Below the pieces are notes generated by a model. That model saw nothing but the letters and a program-made list of their open reading frames with translations, was not told where the DNA came from and ran no database searches. From contig OZ024740.1 in assembly GCA_964016885.1 (NCBI GenBank), positions 275,404,001 to 275,468,000 on the forward strand: a stretch of DNA of 64,000 nucleotides, written 5' to 3'. The first letter of the stretch is position 1; every line of letters begins with the position of its first letter. Made by a program: the position numbers and the translations under genes. Below are positions 12,973 to 26,028 of the stretch, piece by piece. Origin of the DNA: Eledone cirrhosa (lineage: Eukaryota).

Positions 12973-13690
12973 TTATAGTTGCCTCACTAAGAAGAGGGCG
13001 TCTGTTGTACTTTTCTGAGGCACAAAACCAAACTGCATCTCATCTAATTTGACCCTTTCTCTAATCAGTTGCGCTAATATTCTCTCTGCCACTTTCAAAA
13101 CCTGATCCAGTAGCTTTATACCCCTATAATTGCTCCTCGCTAGAGCATCCTCTTTACTTTTGTAGCAATTTATGAGAATACTGCTGCACCAGTCTTTGGG
13201 TATGACACCACCATATATAACGTGATTGATGATGCGTGCAACCAATTTAATGCCTACTTTACCTGATGCCTTCAGCATCTCAGCAACTATCCCCGACGGT
13301 GCAGCAGCCTTACCATTCTTCATTTCTTTAATTGCCTCTTGTACCCTATTTTCGTCAATCTCAATAGCTGGTCCATCTGTTGGGTCTACTGGGGGTAATT
13401 TCTCTCTCTCCCATTCATTCTCCACATTCATCAGTCTCTCATAGTGACATTTCCAGGCCTCCTTTTTTTGATCATTCATGACTGGCATCATTCCGGACAC
13501 GCTTATCTCCAACAACATCCTGTTTTGCCTTGGAATGCAGAACACCGCACATCTCTGATCTTCCCATTGCAGAACATTGGCAAACCTCCTACTCTCAGCC
13601 TCCATGTGTGCTAAGTACACTTGATATCTAGCTTCTCTCCTAGCGACTGTGTATCATTCCCTACTCTCACCATTTTTACAAGGTTCTCCC
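12973..13690 (-). pseudogene. RTE-clade LINE fragment (linker plus RT N-terminus)
   Basis: AWKCHYERLMN..., MKNGKAAAPSGIVAEMLK, NYRGIKL, QFGF; nearly identical to 4870-5117 in the overlap. Confidence 0.9.
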
Positions 13691-14207
13691 CTAATTGTGA
13701 AATTTAATCAATTCAATTTTGCCTCAGTATTGTTGCTTATCAAATTCAATAACTATTTTCTGTCACTACCATGATAGAATTCTGTACTTGTATTTCATTA
13801 GGTTTAGAGAGAACTACTTTGTAAAGAAGACATTTTGTAAGCTGAGAAGTTGTCAGCAATACAGATGTTTTTTGCTTAATTTGAAATAAGTAACATTGAT
13901 TTCAATATATCGATATTGTGAATGCATGGCCTTTAAACATGATAAAATAGGAATACAAATGATAGAGAAGACAAAACTTCAAACCTATAGTTTCAAAATT
14001 AATTTCAAGGAGACAGTTTTGTAACTTTATGTGTAGATTGGTAGAGATATCAGTCAGACAATTCCATTGGGACAGAACTCATACAGAAAAATATCTTCAC
14101 CAAAGAAAGAACAAAGAGTTTAAATAATATGAAAAACAATAAAGAATAGAAAATGGATAAAATAGTGAAAATAAAATTAATATGTTAAGAATAATGATAG
14201 TTTAGAG

Positions 14208-14406
14208 AAGTGTCTCTCAAAAGTGGAACCCTTGTGGAACCCTTGAAATAGTTTTTAAGTCTAAGGGAACCCCTGGAAAAAAACTATTTTACACTATTAT
14301 TTACATTCAAATAATGCATTAGCTTCTTTATCACTGTTTCTTGCAGAACCCCTAACAACCTTTTGCCAAACCCTAGCAGTCTGGGAACACCAGTTGAGAA
14401 ACGCTG
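14208..14406. mobile_element. hAT-type MITE
   Basis: Termini aagtgtctctcaa / ttgagaaacgctg; near-perfect 8-bp TSD gtttagag / gtttagtg. Confidence 0.65.
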
Positions 14407-15024
14407 GTTTAGTGTGTGCTGCCTAAAAAAGAAGTTGTTTATAATCATGCTAATTTAAATATTACTCTTCTCTAGTTGTGAGACAGTTGGGCAATTGGAT
14501 AATTGGGTATATTTAAGGCTGACAATAACATTGTGTTCTGAAAGGGTCGGAAAAGTATAAGATTTTGTAAGAAAAGTTAAGCTAGACTCCAATAAAAGAA
14601 TGACATGATAATTAGAAATCATAATAATTTAGAATATATCTGTAATTATCAAATTGGTTAGTATGAGTTCTTGAAATAAGTAGAATCTGTGAAATAATCT
14701 AGATTCAATCATTGTAAAAATTAAAGAGACCACTTCCCATAATAAATATTTTATCTGTCATTAAGTGATTCAATTATATAATTACAAACCACACATATAT
14801 ATTCATGCAGTTTGTTTATATCTAAAATTCACTTTTAGAAAAATTTAGAATTCACTAAAAGTTATATTAATATAACACATTAGGTAATCTTTGTTACTTG
14901 AAGATAATTATTTGGTGGTTGATTATAGTAACTAGATATTGTTTGATATAAGCATAAGATCATATGATGGAGTTGAGGTTTGTGAATTAATAGGCTTGCA
15001 CAGTTTAAATTGTATGACTGTTCA

Positions 15025-15207
15025 AATAATTGTTTCTACTTTTTGGCACAAGGCCAGCAATTGCCCAGTATATTACTGGTACTTTATTTTATCGACCTCG
15101 TAAGGATGAAAGGCAAAGTTAACCTCGGCGGGATTTGAACTCAGATCGTAAAGGGACGTAACTATGCTAGAAAGCATGTCTGACCCTCTACCGATACTGC
15201 CAATTCA
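15025..15207 (-). mobile_element. tRNA-derived SINE family A copy
   Basis: Reverse complement of 32789-32982. Confidence 0.85.
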
Positions 15208-15833
15208 ATGAATGGATTTCAATAGCATTTCCATGCTAGTATGCAAAAATGGATGTAAAATGGTGATGATGATGATGATGATGATGATGATGAGGATGAT
15301 TACAGTATATACAAATCTAGGCATAGTATTTTTATAAATATAACTCTATATTTAGGCACATCAATATTGCATATGTATTAATCCTAACAAGAAATTGTAG
15401 TTACTAATATAAATTCCAAATTGCTATAATAATCTTAACAAAAGTCTTAGTTAAGATCATTAGGGTTAGGAGGACTTTCAGTTGTATAAAAGACATGGCA
15501 ACCTCCCCTGTGCACTCAGTAGAGTGTACAATCATACATAAGCCAGACGACAGATGCCTGACTTGTCTGGGAGATCAGTAGCCACTGCTTCACTACTAAC
15601 TTGGTCTATGTAGACCAGTCCAAACCTTGCTAGCAGGGAAAACGGACGTTTTAAAACGATGATGATGATCATCATCATCATATAACTGTTATTATCTGAC
15701 AAGTAATTTTTAATGTTACTACTCAATCACACATTAAAGAGCAGTAGTTTCAAAGATAGAATACATAACATGAAATGGTATATGGTATAAAATAGTATAG
15801 CCCTTCTTATAGTTTAAATGTTTTCAGAATTCC

Positions 15834-16052
15834 TGAACCCTTTAGTATTTATATCAGCCGTATCCAGCCAAAATGTTCTGAACTCTTTCTATTCAAACCA
15901 GCTGTTCATACTGATGTTAAGGTATTGTTCTCAAAATAAATAATATAAAAATCTTATAGATTCAATATTATGTGAGATAATTATGTGAGGTAAAGCCTTT
16001 ACCATGAACATATAATAGTAATTATAGAGTAATGTAAATGCTAAAGGGTTAA
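15834..16052 (+). mobile_element. piggyBac-type MITE
   Basis: (tgaa)ccctttag ... ctaaaggg-TTAA; body shared with 38909 copy. Confidence 0.8.
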
Positions 16053-16884
16053 GCACTATAAATAACCATTTCTCCAGAGACTATAGACATCATAATGTGA
16101 GCTTTGATTACAGCAAAAAATATGATACTTCTATAGCCAATATAAACAGAAGAGACCATTCAGATATGAATGCACAAAAAAACGTCTGTTTTATGTAATT
16201 GCAACAATGTTAATATCTACTCTCTCCACAGTATGTGTCTCTCTAAAGAATCATATTATTGAGTTAATGTCTTCCTAGCAGACGTCAGTGAATCAAACAT
16301 CATAAAGTTCTGACAGAAAATTTTTTTGACAAACAATTTCCACATCATATTTATTTATACAAACACTCAGAAAGATACCTTCCCACTTCATAATCCAAAT
16401 AAATCTAAGATCAATTAATTTATTATAAAACACACATTCCTATTTTATTGGAATCAGTAGGTGCAATGTCTGTCTGTCTTTTTGAGAAGTGTAACACTGC
16501 ATTACAGACTTTTGCAGTTTTGAATAGAAGGCTGAAATTGCTGAATTACTGCAGATATTTTCATCATTATTTATAAAAGAATTTCTATTTAATACTGGCT
16601 ATTTTTTATTTGCAGCATAATGGATTTACAAATTCTTAAATGATGGTCATATTCTTTTATGTTTATTTTTTACTGATTTTAGTCATTAGACTGTGGCATA
16701 GTGGGTGCACCATTTTAAGGGCATTTGGTAGTTCATATCAACCCCTGTATTTATTATTTCAAGTCTAGTACTTATTTTATCAATCTCATGTATTATATTG
16801 CTAATCAGTATGAAGTTCATAAGTTGAAATATTCAAATACCACTAAATACGTATTCAGGGCTTATTTACTAAGTCATTGTTTAG

Positions 16885-17000
16885 AAGGTGCGTAGGCAAG
16901 TAGTTAGAGAATTACACTCGCAATCGTGAGGTAGTGAGTTTGATTCCTGGACTGAGCAATGCATTATGTCCTTAGGCAAGACACTTTATTCCACAGCCCT
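16885..17000 (+). mobile_element. tRNA-derived CORE-like SINE, 5' part
   Basis: Matches 9515-9632 and the head of 44843. Confidence 0.65.
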
Positions 17001-17549
17001 CCTTCTACATAGAGTAGCGAGCAATAGACAGTATTAGCAATTGGAACATTGTTTCCTCAGTCTGATTTGGCGAAAGTTGATCGACTGTCGATCAATTGTT
17101 GAGACATGGGCACTTTCATACTTATGTTTAAACATTGGTAATGTAGAAATAAAAGTTCAGCCTAAGCAGAAACTCAAATCAGAACAAAACTAAACCCTAT
17201 AATAATTTTTTTCCCAATGCTATAACATTTATTTTTCTTATTTGAAACACTTGAAATACAAAAACAATACTGATTTAGAATTATTTAAAAAGTAAATAAT
17301 TTTTTTATAAATGGAATAAAACGGACAAGTTTAAACTAATCAGATTTTTTTAATGACATAATGCATGAGACAATGCTGGCACAACTTTTTTATATGTTGC
17401 TTTTACTTCCTCCTTCCCGTTTTTACCTCTTAATGTTATATTTATTGTTCGTATTATTGTTATGATCAATGTAACAACTTATATTGGGTTAATGTACATT
17501 TATACAAACACATATATAAACAATTATATATACATTTCTGAAACTATAT

Positions 17550-18285
17550 ATCATCATCATCACCATTTTACGTCCATTCTTCCACCCTAGCATGGGTTAG
17601 ACGAGTTGTCCTGTTGTGGGCAATGTTAGGTCGTGTGACCTTGTCTTGCTCATATGGGAACTGATTCTGGCTTGATTTCTACAGCTGGATGCCCTTCCTA
17701 ACACCAACCTCATTTACAATGTGTGCTGGGTGCTTTTTTCCATGGCGCCTACACATCAACTTTACAGTGTGGGCTGGGTGCTTTTTTGTTGTGACACCTC
17801 CACGACCACGACCACTTTGCAGTGGGGGGGGGAGGCATATTGCCTATATGCTTCGGCTTTGGCTTGTTCCCGTGGGAAGTCAGGTCATCTGTATTACTGC
17901 GTGACACCAGAGGTCACGGTTCAGTGTCATCGCCGTTGAGAGGTGCAATTGGGCAAGGTCCACTTTTATCACCTTGTCCCAGGTCTTCTTGGGTCTCCCC
18001 ACTCCATGGCTTCCATCAACTTTTAGTGCTCTGCACCTTTTTATGCAGCTGTTATCCTTCATACGCATCACATGTCCACACCAAAGCATCCTCCTCTCCT
18101 GCACACAGCATTTGATTCCTCTTATGTTTAGTCTCTCTCTCAGTTCGTTTATGCTTTGCCCTTCACGTATATTACTATTACACATCCATCGGACCATGCA
18201 AGCTTCGTTTCTTTCTAATCTACACAAGTCTTCTACACACAGCGCCCAGGTCTCACTACCATGTAACATTGCTGTTCGAATGCAT
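17550..18285 (-). pseudogene. 5'-truncated RTE LINE 3' end with 3' UTR and (GAT)n tail
   Basis: MLHGSETWAL...RRMLWCGHVMRM...GRPKKTW; 3' UTR matches 25780-26028. Confidence 0.88.
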
Positions 18286-18596
18286 ATATATAATAATGGG
18301 TAAAGATGCCATAACTCCTTGTGGAGTCCTAGAGGTACCATCATACGGTGTGTATAGGCCCTATTTAAACCTGGTGGAGCCCAACCATCTCCATGTCTGA
18401 ACATAGCTGAATTTTTCTATAGAGGAAGAATCGACCCCAGTACTGGACTGGTACATTTTTTATCTACCTCGAAAGGTTGAAAGACAAAGTTGACCCCGGC
18501 AGAATTTGAACTCAGTGGGTGCAATGTGTTGGGACAAATGGTGTAATTCATTCTATCTGACGTCTTAACGACACTGCCAATTCAGTGCCTATATAT

Positions 18597-18678
18597 ATTA
18601 GGTCATCAAGTATGAAATTTGTAGAAATTTGTTGAAAAAAAAAGCAAATCTTTACAAATTTCATACTTGACGACCCAA
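18597..18678. mobile_element. ~80-bp hairpin MITE (mariner-like TIRs, TA target)
   Basis: ggtcatcaagtatgaaatttgtaga / tttacaaatttcatacttgacgaccc; other copies at 42366-42445 and 52840-52895. Confidence 0.75.
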
Positions 18679-18787
18679 AGAAAGTAAGTCAAACACAGAG
18701 ATACAAAAGTACAATGCTTAGGGGGAAGTATGTATATACCCCCAAAACTCTTTCCGAACTATATAAGGAACACTTGTGATTGTTTAT

Positions 18788-18826
18788 GCCCTTGAGAAGC
18801 CCAACTGGGCGAAACGTACGTAGGTG
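18788..18826 (+). ncRNA. Minimal hammerhead ribozyme-like motif, U3-A8 variant
   Basis: CC-TTGAGAA-GCCC(aact)GGGC-GAAA-CGTACG-TA-GG; palindromic stem III; AATAAA just downstream; stem I short. Confidence 0.55.
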
Positions 18827-19047
18827 ATATTTTAAATAAACATGTTTTAACGGTCTATTCTCCGATTTTTCACTTTCCCACGTGCTTACGCTCTGCTAAC
18901 TCTCTAGCCCACTAAATATTAACACTTCGAATATTTAATACTGCCGGCACTAGTATCGAGCACCTTTGGCATACGCTACTTGGCAAATAACTATATGTAT
19001 CACCTATCCCTCCTTTTTCTCTCTTTCTCGATACGTAAATACTATAT

Positions 19048-19099
<52 letters not shown>

Positions 19100-19571
19100 T
19101 ATATATACATCTCTCTCTCTATATATATCTATATATCTATATACACACACACACACATATATATATAATCTTTTCTTTTGTTTGCTTAACCAATTTTTAA
19201 CACAATATATACGATAACTAAAAAACAAAATGATATGGATAAAATCATTAGAAAAAGTATAAAACAGTAAAAAAGAAAAACAGCCATGTCATAACCCATT
19301 CACCTTCTACTCGTGGATTCCTCAAGAATCGCAGTGGTGTTTAGCAATGATGCTTAGCGTTATAAAAAGACCATATCTCTAGGAATAACTTACTGAAGCA
19401 TACAAAGACATTCAGATCGGAAAGTTACAAATGGCATTTGGTGGGAAGGATCAAAAAGCCACAGCAATAGGTACTGGCCTGCTATTTAACATGCTGAAAC
19501 GAACTGTCCAAATTGTTCTTGTAATAATTTGACTGATGTATTTCTTTTGGTGATAATATGAAAACATTCTT

Positions 19572-19642
<71 letters not shown>

Positions 19643-19774
19643 TTGTGTATTATACATATTTGTGTGTGAATGGCAGTCTGTGCTACAATCAATGAACTTA
19701 ATTACTATACATATCTGCACACTTTTCTCACTATAGTTAATGTGTGTGTATATATATATATATGTCTAAGGATA

Positions 19775-19822
<48 letters not shown>

Positions 19823-19827
19823 TATAC

Positions 19828-19860
<33 letters not shown>

Positions 19861-19861
<1 letters not shown>

Positions 19862-20130
19862 CCCGAGATCCATGGACGAGTTCTCTCCAGCGGTCTCTGT
19901 CCCTCATTATCGCTGCCATGTCCTGCGTCTCCAACAGGCCAGTGTCCGTCCTTAGGGCATCAACATACGTTAACATTGGTCTTCCTCTTCTAGTCTGTCC
20001 ATGTAGGGGCTCCCAAAGGAGCACAGAGTGCAATGTCAACTCTGGATGTCGGTGAGCATGTCCAGCTAACCTCAGTCTTCTCTGTGTCACTTTTGAGCTG
20101 ACTTTTGGGATGCTCCCATACAGCTCTGAG
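19861..20130 (-). pseudogene. RTE/RTEX-like LINE 3' fragment between (TA)n tracts
   Basis: [14 protein letters not shown]...LLWEP.HG..RRGRP..TYVD.L..DTGL; related to 10612 family. Confidence 0.8.
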
Positions 20131-20181
<51 letters not shown>

Positions 20182-20231
20182 TATATATATATATATATAT
20201 ATGCATATATATATGCATATATATATATATA

Positions 20232-20292
<61 letters not shown>

Positions 20293-20338
20293 GAAATGAC
20301 AGGAGGCTGGATTTGTGTAAATCCTTGAAAGGTTTATT

Positions 20339-20396
20339 ATACTATGATCATTTCAATGACCGGGTTCCGTATGAATCCGGTGATATCATCAGGTAT
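20339..20396 (-). ncRNA. Minimal type I hammerhead ribozyme motif
   Basis: ATAC-CTGATGA-tatcACCGGattc...gaacCCGGTcatt-GAAA-TGATCA-TA-GTAT then AATAAA; first stem II pair is a U-U mismatch. Confidence 0.6.
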
Positions 20397-20451
20397 TCGA
20401 AATATAATACGTGAATGTAATAGGTAAAATCCATGGGGTGAACCTCAAACC

Positions 20452-20503
<52 letters not shown>

Positions 20504-21402
20504 AGGAAGCAAGGTTTGGATTACCAAGTGCATTTTATCATACTACCATCACTTAGTAAGTTGTCATGTCCTTGACACAGCCTAAGAGTCCTTCTTATCC
20601 TCTTTAGCAGATTTTCTATGGCCAGTTGTTATTCATATGTTAAACTCTTTTACTATGTGTACTGAGAGCATTTATGTAGAATACTAAGATTAGGGAGGTT
20701 TTCATGTCTTAGATACAACTGACGTGCTTCTTAATCTGTCAATGAATCTCCTCTTACAAACGATGATGATGACAAAGTTTATTTTATTTTATTATACATA
20801 AATTGTTTTATATAAAATGAAATGTTAAAACTTATATATTGGTTTATAATTAATTATTTATTCTCATAAACATTTGGGTAACATTTGTGATATGTGTTTT
20901 AAAGATAATTTAGACCCCAAAAGTTTGGTAAGTATCATACATTGTAGTGTGTTACACTGTGTCTGAAAATACTGATTTTATGCCTGCATATGTTACTTAC
21001 AGGATTTCAATTGGTCAGTCATTGGTTCATTGCATTTCTTGCAAAAAAAAAATGACAAGGATGTCACCATCTTCTTGTTATCATATTGATGCTTATATCT
21101 TTCACTGATATGCATGTGCAGCATACATACACATGCACATACACATATTGTAGTAACTTTGTATAGTTATACCAAACAAAAAAAACAAGAATCTTACTCA
21201 GAACTCAATATATGAGGGTCGGCTGAAAAGTTCATAGAGTGAAAGTTTCATAGGCACGATTATTTGAGACCCATGAGTAGAAGGACTGTATCTGATGAGT
21301 TATAGTTTCTCCGCCCTACCCTATTCCTTGCTTTTTCCCCTGACTATATTATAAAAGAAAAGAAAAAAAGAGACTTCATTCAATCAAAACTTGCTGTAGT
21401 TA

Positions 21403-21596
21403 GAGGTCGGCTGAAAAGTTTATAGGCTGACCAAAATACTCCCATGGAATGACCAAATGGGGTTTATTTTATAACATAGTCCCTGGAAAGAAACAATGTA
21501 ATTATTAATAAGAGTTGAAATTAATGCCTGCAAGATTTCACAGCCATAGCATCACTCCTTCATAGTCAGCCTATGAATTTTTCAGCTGATACTCGT
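21403..21596 (+). mobile_element. mariner-type MITE
   Basis: TIRs gaggtcggctgaaaagtttataggctgac / gtcagcctatgaatttttcagctgatactc; extra solo terminus at 21214. Confidence 0.75.
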
Positions 21597-21623
21597 TAAA
21601 GTAGAGTGTAATAAAATAAATGA

Positions 21624-21880
21624 CATCATCATCATCACCATTTTATGTCCATTTTTCTATGCTATCATGGGTTAGACGAGTTGTCCTGTTGTGGTCCATG
21701 CTAGGTCAGGTGATTATGTCTTGCTCATACAGAACTGATTTTAGCTTGGTTTCTACAGCTGGATGCCCTTCCTAACGCCAACCTCATTTACAGTGAGTAC
21801 TGGGTGCTTTTTGTTGTGACACCTACATGGCCACTTCACAGTGTCGACTGGGAGTTTTTTACGTAACTCCTACATGACCA
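21624..21880 (-). mobile_element. RTE 3'-UTR-only insertion
   Basis: Matches 17550-17800 and reverse complement of 25780-26028; (GAT)n tail. Confidence 0.75.
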
Positions 21881-22099
21881 CTTTCTCAAAGTGGGCACTG
21901 CCACACCCCGGTGGGTGTTGAGAAGATCTAAAGGGTTGCTGGGGCCTAAAGGGGCAGTAGTGAGGCAGTAGAGATGATATAATAGTATATTAAATATCAT
22001 ATGATACATATATATATATATATTAAAATATATAATATTTATTTTTACAAGCATATGTTTTATTATTTATTATATATAAACTAACAATTTCATTTATAA

Positions 22100-23011
22100 C
22101 TAGCAGTGGTACCCGGCGTTGCACGGGATAAGGTATTTTGAAACGAAGGCCGCCAACAGACCTAATCGTGGAAAAACTGCATGCCTGAACAATATGTAAA
22201 GAAAATAAACGGAATACTCTGATGGCTCGATAATCTTTAAGATTTTACACGATGAAGCAGGAAAAATGCAGGTTTTCACCTAATGCGGGCCCTAGGGGAT
22301 CAAGAAAATGAATTTTTTTTATGTGCATAAATTCATGCCTTAAAATTTCGGGAAAATTGGCTAGACATAACGCCTCAAAAAAGCTCTAAAAAGCTGAAAA
22401 TATGAAGTTTTTCACCTAATGTGGGCCCTAGCCATAAAAAAGTTGGATTTTCTTTGCTTACGGTATGAGGAAGAGACTGACTAATACATACTTACGGTCT
22501 GACGTATCGCCTCAAAAAAACCCCTAAAAACCTGAAAAAACGCAGTGTTTCACCTAATTCACCCATAGGGGATCAAAAAGTTAATTTTTTTAATGTGCAT
22601 AACACTCTCTGAAACATAAGTAATACACATGTAAAGTTTGAAAAAAGTCGGTTGGGTATTTCTCGAGTTTTAGGGATTCAAACTCACAGACACACACACA
22701 CACACAGACATCCTCAGTGAAGTGACATAATGCAGACAGCCAGACTTACAGACAGATATTATAAGGGCGCTACGTTATATGTATGTATCTATCTAAAAAG
22801 AGAAAGACTAAGAATTATAGAGAGAGCTCGCTAAATCGCCTAATGCGATCCCTAGGGCATTGAAAATTTGAAATTCTTTTTGCTCAGAACACTTCCCGAA
22901 ACATACGAATTACATGTGGAAAGTTTGAAAACAGTCGGTTGGGTGTTTCTCGAGTTTTAGGGATTCAAACTCACACACACACACAGACATCCTCAGTTTT
23001 ATATATATAGA
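22100..23011 (-). mobile_element. Non-autonomous Helitron with internal ~165-bp duplication
   Basis: Minus strand: A|TC start, (GT)n, 3' hairpin CCCGTGCAACGCCGGG then CTAG|T; 22550-22717 similar to 22838-22997. Confidence 0.8.
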
Positions 23012-23956
23012 TATATTACTTACAATTTGCTTGTAGGCAGGTCTTTCTGGAAATAGAGTTGGGGGTTGCTGAGGGAACTACGTGGCCATGAGGGCAGTGG
23101 GCCCAAAGGTTTGAGGACCACTGGTGTAAAGGAATGGGGTGCACAGCATTTGGCATTAGCTTGGTAGCAGAGCAACTTATTTCCTTAACACATAGTAGTT
23201 AATCTGTTTACATTAGAAGCTCTATTTTGAATGGATTTTTCTCTTAGGATTTATTTCTTAAGCCTTTATTTTCTCCAAGACAAACAACCCAAGTCCTCAG
23301 AAATCAGATTGTGTGAGCTGACAGAAACTCATCAATTTTACAGTATTTCTACTACAAGCATAACATCATAGTTACTCCATATCAATGATGAATCTTTCTA
23401 CATTAAAACAAACTATGGTCAAATAACTCTCTTTTAGATGACTAGTCAAACTCTGAAAAATACTTAAATCTTAGACATGCTTTCATTATGTTAACATCCA
23501 GTGAAATAGTATTTGTTCACTATATTTGTTTAATGGTGTTTGTGTAATAACATTTCATTTAGTATTTTGAATGATGAATACATGTTTGTATGCTTTGCCT
23601 TATTGTTTGGATAAAAATAAGTAAATATTGAGAGATTTTCTGAACACCACTTAAACATGTTAATAAAAAGAAGAAAAATAATTACTAAATGGGTGATATC
23701 TTTTGTTGTCATGCATGAAATAAACCACTGTCTTCTGATAATATTTCTTTCTCTCTCTCTCATTCTCTTTCTCCCTACCTAACTAATATATATATATATA
23801 TATACAGAGAGAGAGAGAGAGAGAAAGAGTAGAGATCAGGGAGCAACAGCTGAGCTCTTGCTGCTTCAATAGTAAATTCTAGAATCTGGAATTTGATGTC
23901 GACATGGCAAGATCTGTCACCAGGTTTATATTATTATAATAATATTTCACGAGTTA

Positions 23957-26028
23957 GGGACCAGCAGTGCAAGTTGAAGGTAGTATCATAAGTAAGGTAA
24001 TCAAAGATATGAAGACAGGCATGGCAGCTGGGCCTTCGGAGATAGTTGCTGAAATGTTGAAAGCATCTGGAATGGTAGGACACACTATGGTCAACCGGAT
24101 AGTAAACCAAGTCATACAGAATGGGGTCATACCAAATGACTGGCGTAGCAGCAGCAGCATCATTAACTGCTACAAGGGTAAAGGAGATGTCCTAGATAGG
24201 GGAAACTATAGAGGCATTAAATTAATTGACCAGGTCATGAAGGTCACAGAAAAAGTTATAGCGCAACTAATCAGAGAGCGAATTGATCTAGATGAAATGC
24301 AGTTTGGGTTTGTGTCAGGTAAAAGTACCACAGATGCCCTTTTCCTTGTACGACAACTACAGGAGAAGTTCCTAGCTAAAAGTAAACCCCTATACTTAGC
24401 TTTTGCTGACTTGGAGAAAGCCTTTGACAGAGTCCCTCGCTCCATTATCTGGTGGGCTCTTAGAAAACTAGGTGTTGATGAATGGTTTGTGAGAGCTATA
24501 CAAGCCATGTATAAAGAAACAGTCAGCAAGGTTAGAATTAACAACGAATATAGTGAAGAGTTTAGCGTAAAAGTTGGTGTTCATCAGGGCTCTGTCCTTA
24601 GCCTCCTCCAATTTATTATTGCCCTCCAGGCTATAACAGAGGAGTTCAAGACCAGCTGCCCATGGGAACTTCTATATGCAGATGATCTAACACTCATAGC
24701 TGAATCAATAGCTGAACTAGAGAAGAAATTCCAAACATGGAAGCATGGCCTAGAATCAAAAGGCCTTAAAGTTAACTTCTCTAAGACTAAAGTCCTAGTA
24801 TGTAGGAAGGAAAATAGGGTTCAGGTCCCCTCTGGGAAATGGCCATGCTCAGTGTGTAGGAAAGGAGTAGGCAGAAATTCCATTTTATGTCCCAAATGCA
24901 AAGTATGGATGCATAAAAGATGAAGTGGGATCACAAGTAAGTTATCTAAGAACATAGGTTTTATGTGTGGCTGGTGCTCAGGTGCAACAAATAGCAAGTG
25001 CCCACAAGATACTAGCTCCTTCTATTGCCCAGGTGGTTCTATAGAAATAATGGACACCTTCCGTTAACTGGGTGACAAAATCAGCAGTGGTGGAGGGTGC
25101 TCTGAAAGTACAGTAGCTAGAGTCAGAACAGGATGGAAAAGTTCAGAGAGCTTATACCACTATTGGCCACTAAAGGTTTCACTCTAAAAATGAAAGGCAG
25201 ACTGTATGATGCCTGCATACGAACAACAATGTGACATGGCAGTGAGGTATGGGCATTGTGTGCAGAGGATCTGCGCAGACTGGAGAGGAACAAAGCATGC
25301 ATGCTCCGTTGGATGTGTAATAGTAATATACGTGAATGGCAAAGCATAAATGAACTAAGTGAGAAATTAGGAATAAGAGGGATCAGATGCTGTTTACTTG
25401 AGAGAAGACTACGTTGGTATGGCCACGTGATGCGCATGAAAGACGACAGCTGTATAAAAAAGTGCAGGGCGATCAAAATTGGTGGAAGTTACGGAGTAGG
25501 TAGACCCAGAAAAACCTGGGACGATTTGATAAAGTCCGACCTTACACACTTACACCTCTCTAAGATAATGTCACTGGACCAAGATCTTTGGTGCTACACA
25601 GTAATACAGAAGACCCGCCTTACCTATGTACAAAGCAAAACCTACAGTCAGTAGGCACCTCTTAACCAAATATACACCCCCCTCACTACCCCTACTCCAC
25701 CCCCAGCCCCTTCAACACCACCCCCTTTCTCTGTAAAGTTATGTTGGTACCACAACATCCAGTCCTAAATAAATGCGGTTGTGTAGGTGTCACAACAAAA
25801 ATAAAACACACAGTCCACGCTGTAATGTGGCCATGTAGGTAACACGGTAAAAACCTCCCAGTCTACACTGTAAACGTGGTTGGTGTTAGGAAGGGCATCC
25901 AGCCGTAGAAAACCTGCCAGACAGTCCTATACGAGCGAGACGACCAATCTTGTCTGAAGTGGGACAATTCCCATCTAAACCCATGCTAGCATGGAAGATA
26001 GACGTTAAATGATGATTATGATGATGAT
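23957..26028 (+). pseudogene. 5'-truncated RTE-clade LINE: RT, Cys/His finger, C-terminus, 3' UTR, (GAT)n tail
   Basis: QFGF, DLEKAFDRV, GVHQGSVLS, LLYADDL, then stops/frameshifts, RRLRWYGHVMRM, GRPRKTW. Confidence 0.93.

Noticed and set aside
21291-21315. CTGATGAG hammerhead half-core
   Set aside because: No stem II or GAAA follows
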